Assembly: GCA_028716745.1 (NCBI GenBank)
Contig: JAQUPE010000003.1
Span: forward strand, 3,779-67,778
Origin: Minisyncoccota bacterium
GTDB lineage: Bacteria > Patescibacteriota > Minisyncoccia > UBA6257 > 02-FULL-45-10c
Direction of reading: 5' to 3'
DNA: 64,000 nucleotides
This document shows, piece after piece, positions 46,981 to 56,546 of this stretch. The notes beneath the pieces were generated by a model. The model did not search any database, had not been told where the DNA came from, and was given only the letters and a program-made list of their open reading frames with translations. The position numbers were made by a program, and so were the translations under genes. Within the stretch, counting starts at the first letter, position 1, and the number at the start of each line of letters is the position of its first letter.

Positions 46981-48333
46981 ATGAAAACAATATTTTTAGT
47001 TATTACTGCTAATACGAGAGTAAATTTTATCCTTCGCACGGATATATTTAAAATTTTAAAAGAAAAAGGTTATCGCTTAATTGTAATATCTCCTTTCTAT
47101 AAAGAGGATTGGTTTATAAAAGAATTCGGCGGTCAGAGTGTTGTTTTTGAAAAATTTATTCCTAAAGCTAAAATTGGAGCCATATGGGATAGCTGGCGCA
47201 GCCAGATTTTGGCGATTAATCATCCAAAGATGAAAATTTTTAAAGAAACTCATGATTATGCCAGCCGGCGTTTTGTTAAGAAAAAAAATCCAGTTCAAAA
47301 AATAGCCAGCATTTTTAAGGGCTTCGTTTTGGCTTTAATTCCGGGATTTCTTAAAACCAGCGCGGATTTATGGGACAAAATAGGTTTTTATTTTTTAGTT
47401 ACTTCAAATCACAAAAAATTATTTAGAAAATATAGTCCGGCGGCTGTTGTTTTGGCGAGCGCCGGAGCTGAGGGTTCGGAAACGCCGTACATATCCTATT
47501 GCGGGAAATATGGGATTTTTTCGTTTGCCGTCGATAATAATATAGACGTTTTTGAATACCGCTATCTCAGCAAGCCAATGAGAGTTTCCAAGTGGACGTT
47601 GTTCGGGGATCCGCAAAAAGAGGAGGCAATAGAGATTCAAAAAATTCCCTCATCGGAATTAGTTGTACCCGGACCGGCGCGTTACGATTATTATTTTAAG
47701 GGATTCAAGCCCATGCCCCGTGAAGAATTTTTCAAAAAGATAGGCGCAGATCCGAAGAAAAAGCTGATAACCTATGGAGCCAAGATTCCGGTTATGTATC
47801 CTCACAACGGCGATATAATGAGAATTATTTTAGATGCCATTAAAGAAAGAAAATTTAATGACGCTCAATTATTTGTGAGATTTGATCCCAATCATGACGC
47901 TAAAATATACGGAGATTTATTGAAAGAAATTATTTATGAACGGGCAGAAGAGGCTCCTACGCGGGATCATTTGGCTAATTTATTTTATTATAGCGATGTT
48001 GTTGTTAGCATCGGGTCTACATTTGGCATAGAAGCATGTTTTACCGGGACGCCGGCAATTTGGGTAGGATTTGACGGCTATAAAAAATATGATGATCCTA
48101 AAGACGCTTACGGATTTATTTACGAACTGGATTTATTTAAAAGAATTGCGGATACCAAGGGGATTCCAATTGTTTGGACCAAGGAGGAATTAACGGATAA
48201 AATAAAAAAATATCTGGCGGATAGGAATTTAGACGCCGATAAAAGAAAAAAACTTATAGATCAGGAGTATTCTAATCCCGACGGACATGCCGGAGAAAGA
48301 ATCGCAAATATAATAATAGAAACAATAAAATGA
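46981..48333 (+). CDS. Stand-alone GT-B-like domain protein, tandem paralog of the C-terminal domain of the upstream fusion
   Basis: About 60% aa identity to aa 640-1107 of the 43734 gene, with the same motifs (PARYDYYFKGFKP, GSTFGIEACFTGTPAIWVGFDGYKKY). Start moved to MKTIFLVI. Confidence 0.55.
   Translation: MKTIFLVITANTRVNFILRTDIFKILKEKGYRLIVISPFYKEDWFIKEFGGQSVVFEKFIPKAKIGAIWDSWRSQILAINHPKMKIFKETHDYASRRFVKKKNPVQKIASIFKGFVLALIPGFLKTSADLWDKIGFYFLVTSNHKKLFRKYSPAAVVLASAGAEGSETPYISYCGKYGIFSFAVDNNIDVFEYRYLSKPMRVSKWTLFGDPQKEEAIEIQKIPSSELVVPGPARYDYYFKGFKPMPREEFFKKIGADPKKKLITYGAKIPVMYPHNGDIMRIILDAIKERKFNDAQLFVRFDPNHDAKIYGDLLKEIIYERAEEAPTRDHLANLFYYSDVVVSIGSTFGIEACFTGTPAIWVGFDGYKKYDDPKDAYGFIYELDLFKRIADTKGIPIVWTKEELTDKIKKYLADRNLDADKRKKLIDQEYSNPDGHAGERIANIIIETIK
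47023..47134 (+). repeat. Copy of the 112-nt identical tract (see 45651..45762)
   Basis: Direct comparison of the two stretches. Confidence 0.8.
47709..47779 (+). repeat. Copy of the 71-nt identical tract (see 46335..46405)
   Basis: Direct comparison of the two stretches. Confidence 0.8.
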
Positions 48334-49556
48334 AAAGAATAAGCCAATATTTTGGAAATTTTTTCGGAGTCAATATGAATTACCTTATTGGAGGGGGATT
48401 TTGGCTCGGCTTAGATCAGATTTTTTCTGCGGGAACAAGCATGGTTCTAACTGTGGCTTTCGCTAACCTTATTTCACAGGAAGCTTACGGGACTTATCGC
48501 TATATTCTTTCAATTTTCGGTATTTTAACGATTGCTACGCTGCCGAACATGAATATAGCCGTTCTAACATCGGTTGCCAGAGGATTTGAAAATTTATCAA
48601 AAGCTCTTAAGAGCAGGATTGAATGGGGATTTATAGGAACGATAGCCGGTTTTTCTTTGGCGGGTTTTTATTTTTATCAAGGCAATAATTTGCTTGGATA
48701 TGCTTTCATAATAATGGCTGTATTTCTTCCCTTCACGGATTCCTTTAATGTCTTTCTGGCTTTTTTCAGGGGGAGAAAGCTTTTTAGGGAACAAACTTTA
48801 TATTCCATTATCATAAAATCGGTATCGGCCGCTGCTTTGATTGCAACACTTTTTCTGACAGAAAATCTGCTGATAATTTTATTGGCTTTTTTTATTCCCT
48901 ATGTTTTATCAAGAGTATTTTTATATTGGCTTGCGGTTAAAAAGTTTTCTCCGAATAACGAAGTTGATCCGAATACAATTTCTTACGGGAAAAATTTAAG
49001 CCTTCTTCAGTTTTTAGGATTCGTAGTGAATTATTTGGATAATCTTCTGATATTTTATTATCTCGGCCCTATTTCCTTGGCTATTTATACGATGGCTATG
49101 GCGCCGATATCAAAGTTTCAGAAAGCCTTTTCTATATTGCCGGACTTGGCATTACCTAAGTTTTCCGAGCGGCCAGCCGAAGAAATAAAAAAGTATTTAA
49201 TTAAGAGAATTTTTAAATTGTTTATTTTTATAATTCCGATAGTTGCGGTCTATATTTTAATAGCCCCGATGATTTTTGATTTTTTTCTTCCCAAATACCA
49301 TGATTCCATATTTTATACGCAGCTGCTTTCTTTGGTATTTTTATGTCTTCCTTTTTCTCTTATTTATACTTTTATGCAGTCCAAGGCAATGCAGAAGCAG
49401 CTTTATATTTACAATATTTCTATTCGCATAATCCAGCTTATCCTCACAGTAATTTTTGTGGGTTTATACGGGGTGATGGGAGCCGTCATAGCCAGGCTGA
49501 TTTTCCAGCTTGCAGCAACGTCCATTCTTTTTGTTATTTTTAAGGCGGTTAAATAG
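48330..49556 (+). CDS. Polysaccharide biosynthesis protein / Wzx-like flippase (MOP superfamily)
   Basis: About 12 TM helices and no soluble domain. Size and topology match oligosaccharide flippases. Confidence 0.5.
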   Translation: MKRISQYFGNFFGVNMNYLIGGGFWLGLDQIFSAGTSMVLTVAFANLISQEAYGTYRYILSIFGILTIATLPNMNIAVLTSVARGFENLSKALKSRIEWGFIGTIAGFSLAGFYFYQGNNLLGYAFIIMAVFLPFTDSFNVFLAFFRGRKLFREQTLYSIIIKSVSAAALIATLFLTENLLIILLAFFIPYVLSRVFLYWLAVKKFSPNNEVDPNTISYGKNLSLLQFLGFVVNYLDNLLIFYYLGPISLAIYTMAMAPISKFQKAFSILPDLALPKFSERPAEEIKKYLIKRIFKLFIFIIPIVAVYILIAPMIFDFFLPKYHDSIFYTQLLSLVFLCLPFSLIYTFMQSKAMQKQLYIYNISIRIIQLILTVIFVGLYGVMGAVIARLIFQLAATSILFVIFKAVK

Positions 49557-49603
49557 TTGTATATTAGTAAGAATAATAGTATTTTAATTAATAAATAATT
49601 AAT

Positions 49604-50440
49604 ATGAATAATAAAAAAATAGGAATTGCGGGCGTTGGGATGGTGGGAAAACAAGTAGAAAGATGGTTTGAGCCCAAGGAAAACCAGGTTTTTGTTTACG
49701 ATAAATTTCAAAAATTAGGATCTTTAGAGGATTTAAATAAGGCAGAGATTATATTTTTATGCCTTCCTACTCCTTATAGGGATAATAATGAAGAGGGCAC
49801 TGATTTAGATGCATTTAAAGAAGTAATAAGGTTTTTTAAAGAACCGAAAATTTTTGTAATAAAATCAACCGTACCAGTCGGTTCAACAGACAAGCTGCAA
49901 GAAGAATTTAGTCAGCATTATTTTTTGCATAGTCCGGAATTTCTTACGGAAGTTACAGCCTGGGACGATTTTTCCAAGCCTTATTTGCAGTTAATCGGAT
50001 ATACGGAAAAAAGCAAAAAATTAGCGGAAGGAATAATGGATATTCTGCCCAAGGGGGAGCAGTCATTTATTTCGTCCGCAAAAGTAACCGAGATGTTCAA
50101 GTTTATCCGCAATGTTTTCCCTTCAATAAAAATTATTTTTATGAATCTTATTTATGATTTGTGCGGACCTCTTGGAATTGAATACGATGAAGTTAAAAAA
50201 ATTATGGCAGCCGATAAATGGATAGGCACAAGCCATTTAGAAGTGGTTCATAAGGGGTATCGCGGTTTTGGCGGGAAATGCTTGCCGAAAGACTTAAGGA
50301 TGCTTATTAAATTATGCAAAAATAAAAAAGTTAAAGCGGATCTTTTGGAAATAGTAGACAAGGTAAATTATGATCTTTTGAAGGGACAGGGCCTTGAGAA
50401 GAAGCTTGAAGAATTCTGGCTAAACAATCATAATCAGTAG
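49604..50440 (+). CDS. Nucleotide-sugar dehydrogenase family protein (UDP-glucose/GDP-mannose dehydrogenase-like), short form lacking the C-terminal domain
   Basis: KIGIAGVGMVGK NAD-binding motif and the catalytic-Cys signature GFGGKCLPKD (compare GFGGSCFPKD). Only 278 aa, and it stops about 50 aa after the Cys. Confidence 0.5.
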   Translation: MNNKKIGIAGVGMVGKQVERWFEPKENQVFVYDKFQKLGSLEDLNKAEIIFLCLPTPYRDNNEEGTDLDAFKEVIRFFKEPKIFVIKSTVPVGSTDKLQEEFSQHYFLHSPEFLTEVTAWDDFSKPYLQLIGYTEKSKKLAEGIMDILPKGEQSFISSAKVTEMFKFIRNVFPSIKIIFMNLIYDLCGPLGIEYDEVKKIMAADKWIGTSHLEVVHKGYRGFGGKCLPKDLRMLIKLCKNKKVKADLLEIVDKVNYDLLKGQGLEKKLEEFWLNNHNQ

Positions 50441-50459
50441 GTTAATTAGATTTAAAACA

Positions 50460-52673
50460 ATGATTCAATCTTTAAAGCTAGAAAAAGCGATTTCTTGGAT
50501 GATTAAAATAGGATTATTTATTATTCCTTTTATACCGCTTCATGTTTCAAACAGCCTGATATTTCCTTATATTACCGGAAAAGCTTTTATTTTCCGCACA
50601 ATAGTGGAAATAGTTTTTGCTCTTTGGATTTTTCTGGCGGTTTTTTATAAGCAATATCGTCCTCAAAAGAATTTTCTTCTTATAGCAATAGGTACTTTAG
50701 TTTTTGTGGCGGCTTTAGCCACTATTTTTGGAGTAAATCCAGTGAAGAGCATGTGGTCAAATTTTGAGAGGATGGAGGGGCTGATCACTTATTTGCATTT
50801 GTTCGCTTATTTTCTTGTTATGGGAAGCGTTTTGCAGAAAAGTGATTGGACAATATTGTTTAATTTTTTTGTGGCCGGCGGGTTGTTTGAAGGCGTTTAT
50901 TCTTTTTTCCAAAAACTGGAAGTATTGGTTCCACGTTCGTTTCAGGGCGGTTTCAGGGTAGACGGCACAATCGGCAATCCTTCTTATTTGGCCGCTTATT
51001 TGATGTTTGTTTTCGGTTTTTGCGTTTTGCTATGGATTAATGCCAAGAAAAAATCTTCCAAATATTATTATGCGTTTGCCGGCCTTTTTACTTTATTAAT
51101 TATCTTTTTTACGGCAAGCCGCGGACCAGCGCTCGGAATTATAATGGGAGCTTTTCTGGCCGGACTTCTGTATTTGATATTTAAGAAAAGCATTACTGAC
51201 AAAGAACGGACCTATAAGAAGGTAGCGGTTATTTTATTGGTTTTATTGGCGGCAATTATCGGTTCTTTGTTGCTATTAAAAGATTCTAAATTTGTTAAGA
51301 GCAGTGAAATTCTTGCCAGGCTTACATCTTTATCATTTACGGAGAGAACTATTTCTGCGCGTTTTACAATTTGGGGGATGAGCTGGCAGGGAGTTAAAGA
51401 GAGGCCTGTTTTGGGCTGGGGGCCGGAAAACTACGGAGTTGTTTTTTCCAAGTATTATCAGCCGGAGCTTTGGTGGCAGGAACCGTGGTTTGACAGGGCC
51501 CACAATGTTGTTTTTGACTGGCTGATAAGCGCGGGAATTTTGGGACTACTTAGTTATCTAAGTATTTTTGCCACAGCTCTTTATTATTTATGGAAGAACT
51601 ATTCTAAAAAAATAGTATTTTTTGAAGAAACACTTCTTATAACTTCCTTGTTTTTCGCTTATTTTTTCCAGAATTTGTTTATATTTGATAATATATCAAC
51701 TTATATTTGTTTCTTCGCCATTCTTTCTTACATATACAGCGTTTCTACTTCCGAAAGATTTGAAGCGCCTAAATCGAATTCTTCTTTGGACGCAAATAAT
51801 GTTTTTTTGGTAGGCGGATTACTGGCGATTTCTTTGGTTTTGGCTGTCTATTTTATTAATATCAAGACCTATATATCAAATCGCAGCCTGCTTGAAACCT
51901 TAAAGTATCAGAGCCAATACAGCGATTTGCCTATTTCTTTCGATTATTTTAATAAGGCTTTTAAAAACGATGTTTTAAATGCTCCGGAAATAAAAGAGCA
52001 ATTAATAAAGTTTGCCGTTGGAGTAAATAGTTTGCCGGCAGCGGATGAGGCTTTTAAGGCTGAGGTTGTCAAAAAAGCGATTGAAGAAGGAAAGAAGATG
52101 GTAGAACAAGATTATCTTGAGCCCCGTTCATATTTATTTTATGGGAACGCTTTAATGGCCGGAAAAGAATTTAAAGAAGCAGAAGAAATATTTAATAAGG
52201 CAATTGAACTTTCTCCAAAAAAGCAGCAGATATATTTTGAGTTATCGGATGTTTTTGTTTATAGAGGCGATTATAAGAGCGCAATTCCATTTTTAGAAGT
52301 AGCTTATAATCTTGATACTCGTTTTGAAATGGCCAGAATTAATTTGGCGGCTATATATATTTCGGCTGGCGAGGTGGAAAAAGCGGAAAAATTATTGATG
52401 GATGCTTACGGAACGATTGCGGTTCCTCATGAAATAATAGGCGCGGCATATGCAAAGATAAAAAGTTATGACAAGAGCATAGCCGTTTGGAAATTAGTTA
52501 AAGAAAGCGATCCTACTAGTTTGCGATACAGGAAAACCTTGGCGGGGATTTATAATTTAGCCGGTCAAAAGGAAAATGCGATAAAAGAAATTGAGGAAGC
52601 GATAGCGGCATTCCCGGAGTTTAAAGCGGCAGGAACTACATATATTGAACAGATAAAATCGGGCAAGATCTAA
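50460..52673 (+). CDS. O-antigen ligase/polymerase-like (Wzy_C) membrane protein with C-terminal TPR repeats
   Basis: The N-terminal ~430 aa are polytopic with the large periplasmic loop typical of the WaaL/Wzy family. The C-terminal ~250 aa contain TPR-like repeats (AEEIFNKAIELSPKK, AIPFLEVAYNLDTR). Confidence 0.55.
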   Translation: MIQSLKLEKAISWMIKIGLFIIPFIPLHVSNSLIFPYITGKAFIFRTIVEIVFALWIFLAVFYKQYRPQKNFLLIAIGTLVFVAALATIFGVNPVKSMWSNFERMEGLITYLHLFAYFLVMGSVLQKSDWTILFNFFVAGGLFEGVYSFFQKLEVLVPRSFQGGFRVDGTIGNPSYLAAYLMFVFGFCVLLWINAKKKSSKYYYAFAGLFTLLIIFFTASRGPALGIIMGAFLAGLLYLIFKKSITDKERTYKKVAVILLVLLAAIIGSLLLLKDSKFVKSSEILARLTSLSFTERTISARFTIWGMSWQGVKERPVLGWGPENYGVVFSKYYQPELWWQEPWFDRAHNVVFDWLISAGILGLLSYLSIFATALYYLWKNYSKKIVFFEETLLITSLFFAYFFQNLFIFDNISTYICFFAILSYIYSVSTSERFEAPKSNSSLDANNVFLVGGLLAISLVLAVYFINIKTYISNRSLLETLKYQSQYSDLPISFDYFNKAFKNDVLNAPEIKEQLIKFAVGVNSLPAADEAFKAEVVKKAIEEGKKMVEQDYLEPRSYLFYGNALMAGKEFKEAEEIFNKAIELSPKKQQIYFELSDVFVYRGDYKSAIPFLEVAYNLDTRFEMARINLAAIYISAGEVEKAEKLLMDAYGTIAVPHEIIGAAYAKIKSYDKSIAVWKLVKESDPTSLRYRKTLAGIYNLAGQKENAIKEIEEAIAAFPEFKAAGTTYIEQIKSGKI

Positions 52674-54118
52674 ATTTGTTTTCTAAACAGAACACCCAAG
52701 AGTTCTTCACCTTGAATTTTCAGCAATGAGAAGTATATTATTGACGTTAAAATTATATTTATTACAACGTTCATGTCGAAGCTCCAGAACAACATGGTCA
52801 GCGGAGCGGTTACGACCGAAGCGATTATTATTTTTTTAATTCTGCCCATAATATGGAATTCATTTATGGAATTCATTTTAATCCAAACAAAAGCATTGGC
52901 GGTAATTTGAGTAATAACCGTTGATAATGCAGCGCCGGCAATTCCCCAAATAGGAATAAAAAGAAAATTAAATATGACATTGCCTGTGGCTCCGAGCAGT
53001 GAATAAGTAATAAGATTTTTTTGTTTGTTGTAGGCGAGAAGAGAATTATTGATAATAACGGAAGGAAAAACAATAATGAGGGTCAGGCATAATACTTTGA
53101 AAGCAGATATTGCCGGAGAATAATCATTTCCGAACAGAAGGGCTATTATTTGGTTTCCTAAGATTATTCCACCCATTAGCATCGGGATAGATATCAGAAG
53201 CGAGGCGGCCAATCCCTTTTCTAAAATCAATCGGAATCTGGTTTTTTCAAGAACGGCTCTTGATAAGACCGGGAATAGGCTGGTTGCAAATAGGCTTGCC
53301 GCAACATAAAGCAATTGGATTGGTTTTTGGGCAGCGGAATAAAAGCCGACTTCTTCCGGGGAACGTAGCCAGCCGAGCATTATTAAATCGGTGTTTATCA
53401 TTATGGCCCCCAAGAAACTTGATAGGGCGAAAGGAATTGAGGCGGAAAGAATTGATTTGATAATTTTATTATCGAAATGATGAGCCGCCTCCATAAAATA
53501 TTTTTTAAGGGTGAAAAAGGTAAAAGAGAATCCGATCATTGTTCCGACAAGATAGGCAAATGCCAGATTGTAGCTGCTGGGGCGATAAATTAAAAAGAAA
53601 AATCCTAAACCAATAATAGCTAAATTGGTAAGAATTTCATTGAGCGCCTCCATTTGCATCCGTTGCTGGGACCGGCTGATAGAAAATCCGAAATTTCTTA
53701 AGCTATCAAAAACCAGCATTATGGCTATAACAGGAAGAAGGGCTACGGCTTCGTTTATTTTTGAAATGTATGGGGCGGCGACAATTAAAAATATCGATCC
53801 TAAAGACAAAAGAATTATTTTAAAAAGAAAGGCGGTGGAAAAATATTTTTTGCTTAACAGAGGATCTTTGGATGATTCCCGGGTGACGATGGCCGTAAGG
53901 CCGATATCGGTAAAAATAAGAAGAAATGCCGACAAGCTCATGACATAAGAAAATGCTCCCCAGCTGGCCGGTCCGAGGATCCTGGCGGCAAAAATAACCA
54001 AAGAGGCTCTGGTTAATTGGCCTACTATTTTTCCGCTAAAAAGCCAGAATGTGTTTTTTGCTACTGTTTGAGCGGTGCTTTTATTGTGGAAAAGAAATTC
54101 TTTTATTTTTGTAACCAT
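52670..54118 (-). CDS. Wzx-type oligosaccharide flippase (polysaccharide biosynthesis protein, MATE-like)
   Basis: 482 aa with about 14 TM helices. N-terminal NTFWLFSGKIVGQLTRASLVIFAARILGP is typical of Wzx/RfbX. Confidence 0.65.
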   Translation of the reverse strand: MVTKIKEFLFHNKSTAQTVAKNTFWLFSGKIVGQLTRASLVIFAARILGPASWGAFSYVMSLSAFLLIFTDIGLTAIVTRESSKDPLLSKKYFSTAFLFKIILLSLGSIFLIVAAPYISKINEAVALLPVIAIMLVFDSLRNFGFSISRSQQRMQMEALNEILTNLAIIGLGFFFLIYRPSSYNLAFAYLVGTMIGFSFTFFTLKKYFMEAAHHFDNKIIKSILSASIPFALSSFLGAIMINTDLIMLGWLRSPEEVGFYSAAQKPIQLLYVAASLFATSLFPVLSRAVLEKTRFRLILEKGLAASLLISIPMLMGGIILGNQIIALLFGNDYSPAISAFKVLCLTLIIVFPSVIINNSLLAYNKQKNLITYSLLGATGNVIFNFLFIPIWGIAGAALSTVITQITANAFVWIKMNSINEFHIMGRIKKIIIASVVTAPLTMLFWSFDMNVVINIILTSIIYFSLLKIQGEELLGVLFRKQI

Positions 54119-54174
54119 GCTAAAAATTGCTTGTTATATAATATGATAGATACAATTAATATATATAACAAATT

Positions 54175-55131
54175 ATGAAATATATAGTTACCGGAGGGGC
54201 AGGATTTATAGGTTCCAACTTAGTCGATCGTTTAATAGAAAACGGGCACGAAGTAACGGTTATTGATAATTTAAGCACGGGCAGGAAAGAAAATATCAAT
54301 CCAAGGGCTAATTTTTTACAGCTGGACATTACCGATGAGAAATCAATAGAGCCATTTTTTAAAGGAATTGACGGCATATTTCATTTGGCGGCGATGGCGC
54401 GCATCCAGCCGTCTTTTGAAAATCCCGATCTTTATTTCAGGGTTAATGTTTTGGGCACCCGCAATATTTTAGAAGCGGCTAAAAAGAACGGAGTAAAAAG
54501 AGTAGTTTATTCAGCTTCTTCCTCGGCTTATGGAGATAGCGATGTGCTGCCGCTTAGAGAAAATTTTAAAGTTCCGGCGCAGGCATTGAATCCTTATGCT
54601 TCGACAAAACGTATTGGAGAAATGCTGATGGTGGATTTAGGAAAATTAACGGGAGGGCCGGAAACTGTTTGTTTGAGATATTTTAATGTTTTTGGACCAA
54701 GGCAATCGACTTTAGCTGACGGGCCATACGCGCTCGTGGTTGGGATTTTTTTGGGGCTTAAAAATCAAGGTAAGCCGATGACGATTGTTCCGGACGGACA
54801 TCAAAGAAGGGCATTCACTTGGGTCAATGACGTGGCGGAGGCGAATATGGCGGCAATGAATTCCCAAAAAGTTGGAAATGGAGAAATTATAAATATCGGC
54901 TCGGGCGTAAGCTATTCAATTTGGGATATAGCAAAATTGGTTTTGGAGTCTCCTAATGCAACTCCGGAACAATTAATTTCTAGCGGCAAATGTGTTTTAG
55001 CTCCAAAACGCCAGGGAGAAGTAAAAGAAACCGTTGCAGACATTTCCAAGGCAAAAGATTTATTGGGATGGGAGCCAAAAATGAATTTTCCCGACGGCAT
55101 CAAGAAATTATTGGAGGCTGATAAAAAATAA
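54175..55131 (+). CDS. NAD-dependent epimerase/dehydratase (UDP-glucose/UDP-GlcNAc 4-epimerase-like)
   Basis: [16 protein letters not shown] motif, YxxxK (YASTKRIGE), 318 aa. Confidence 0.8.
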   Translation: MKYIVTGGAGFIGSNLVDRLIENGHEVTVIDNLSTGRKENINPRANFLQLDITDEKSIEPFFKGIDGIFHLAAMARIQPSFENPDLYFRVNVLGTRNILEAAKKNGVKRVVYSASSSAYGDSDVLPLRENFKVPAQALNPYASTKRIGEMLMVDLGKLTGGPETVCLRYFNVFGPRQSTLADGPYALVVGIFLGLKNQGKPMTIVPDGHQRRAFTWVNDVAEANMAAMNSQKVGNGEIINIGSGVSYSIWDIAKLVLESPNATPEQLISSGKCVLAPKRQGEVKETVADISKAKDLLGWEPKMNFPDGIKKLLEADKK

Positions 55132-55143
55132 CTTTAGGCAAAA

Positions 55144-56484
55144 TTAGGAGTGATTGGTCAGCAAGAATTTCAAAGTTTTTAAAAGTATTTCTGCGTCTAA
55201 AATAACAGATTTGTTTTTAATGTAATAAATATCGTGCTGGACTTTTTCGTAGGTGTCTTCAACAGAGGCGCCATAGCGGAAGTTTATCTGCGCCCAACCC
55301 GTGATTCCCGGCTTAACCAAAAGCCTTAGTTCGTAATAGGGCACTTGTTTGCGCAAATCAGCGACAAATTCAGGGCGTTCCGGCCTTGGGCCTATAAATG
55401 AGGCATCTCCCTTAATAACGTTTACAAGCTGGAGCAGTTCATCCAGATGGGTTTTCCTGAGTATTTTTCCTATCGGCGTGGCTCTTTTATCGCTGAAATA
55501 ATTTGCCCATTGCGGTCCGTCTTTTTCGGCGTCCTCATACATGGTTCTAAATTTATAAATCGTAAAATTTTCTTCTTTTTGGCCGACTCTTGTTTGCTTG
55601 AAAACAGCAGGCCCCTTGGAGGTTGTTTTTATTAAAATAGTAATCAGAAGAAAAAGAGGCGATAGAATAGCAAACAGAATTAATGCAGAAATTCTTTCAA
55701 TCGGTTCTTTTATTAAATCGTATATTTTATGCCTTTGGGAAAGATTTTCCAAAAACCAAACCTCTTCCAATTCGGCGAGCGGAACCTTTTTAAAAACAGA
55801 TTCGTAAAAAGTGGAAAGATCAACTACTTCAATTCCCAAAACCAGAGTTTTATAAATTAATTTCGCCGATTCATAATCTTTTTTAAGGTGAGCCGGAATT
55901 ACAATGGTGCTTATATCATTGGAAAGTATTATTTGGGAAAGATGTTCGAATTCTTTATCGCTTAGTCCTTCTTTCATCCAAAATTTTACCTGATAGCCTA
56001 GCTGAGGATTATTATTTATATGATTGATTATTTCTCCCGCAGTGTCGTTGGAGCCGACAATCATTATTTTTGTAGTTGTTCCGGTTTCTCCCAAGATGGC
56101 GTTGAATCCGCGGCGCCATAAAAAGTTGATAACTGCGAATATAATGGAAAACAAAATCAGGTTTGTTTTTGGAGTAATTTCAAAATAAGGAACGGTATAG
56201 AAGAATAAGAAAGAAATAATTAAATTAAAGATTATTGCGTAAAGAAAAGATTTTTGAAATTCCAGGTTGTTTTTTAAAGATTTAAGGTCATAAAGCCCAG
56301 CTATATAAAAAACGATTACCCAGACTACGAACATAATAGTGAACGGTTCTAAGTGGAAGGTTATGAGCTGAAAATAGAAGAACTTGCCGTATCTTAATAA
56401 AAGAGTAATTAAAAGAGAGGCGTATAACACGAATACATCGCCTGTTAGGAGGGAAATCTGTTTTATTTTAGAAAATGGATTCAT
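55144..56484 (-). CDS. Initiating polyprenyl-phosphate phosphoglycosyl transferase (bacterial sugar transferase, WbaP/WcaJ-like)
   Basis: The C-terminal domain SPLFLLITILIKTTSKGPAVFKQTRVGQKEENFTIYKFRTM...GDASFIGPRPERPEF...KPGITGWAQI is the Bac_transf signature. The N-terminal half has 4-5 TM helices. Confidence 0.8.
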   Translation of the reverse strand: MNPFSKIKQISLLTGDVFVLYASLLITLLLRYGKFFYFQLITFHLEPFTIMFVVWVIVFYIAGLYDLKSLKNNLEFQKSFLYAIIFNLIISFLFFYTVPYFEITPKTNLILFSIIFAVINFLWRRGFNAILGETGTTTKIMIVGSNDTAGEIINHINNNPQLGYQVKFWMKEGLSDKEFEHLSQIILSNDISTIVIPAHLKKDYESAKLIYKTLVLGIEVVDLSTFYESVFKKVPLAELEEVWFLENLSQRHKIYDLIKEPIERISALILFAILSPLFLLITILIKTTSKGPAVFKQTRVGQKEENFTIYKFRTMYEDAEKDGPQWANYFSDKRATPIGKILRKTHLDELLQLVNVIKGDASFIGPRPERPEFVADLRKQVPYYELRLLVKPGITGWAQINFRYGASVEDTYEKVQHDIYYIKNKSVILDAEILLKTLKFLLTNHS

Positions 56485-56546
56485 GGGCTTGATTTTTATT
56501 TTGACGTTTCATATCATTATAGAACAAATTAATCGTAAGTAAATTT

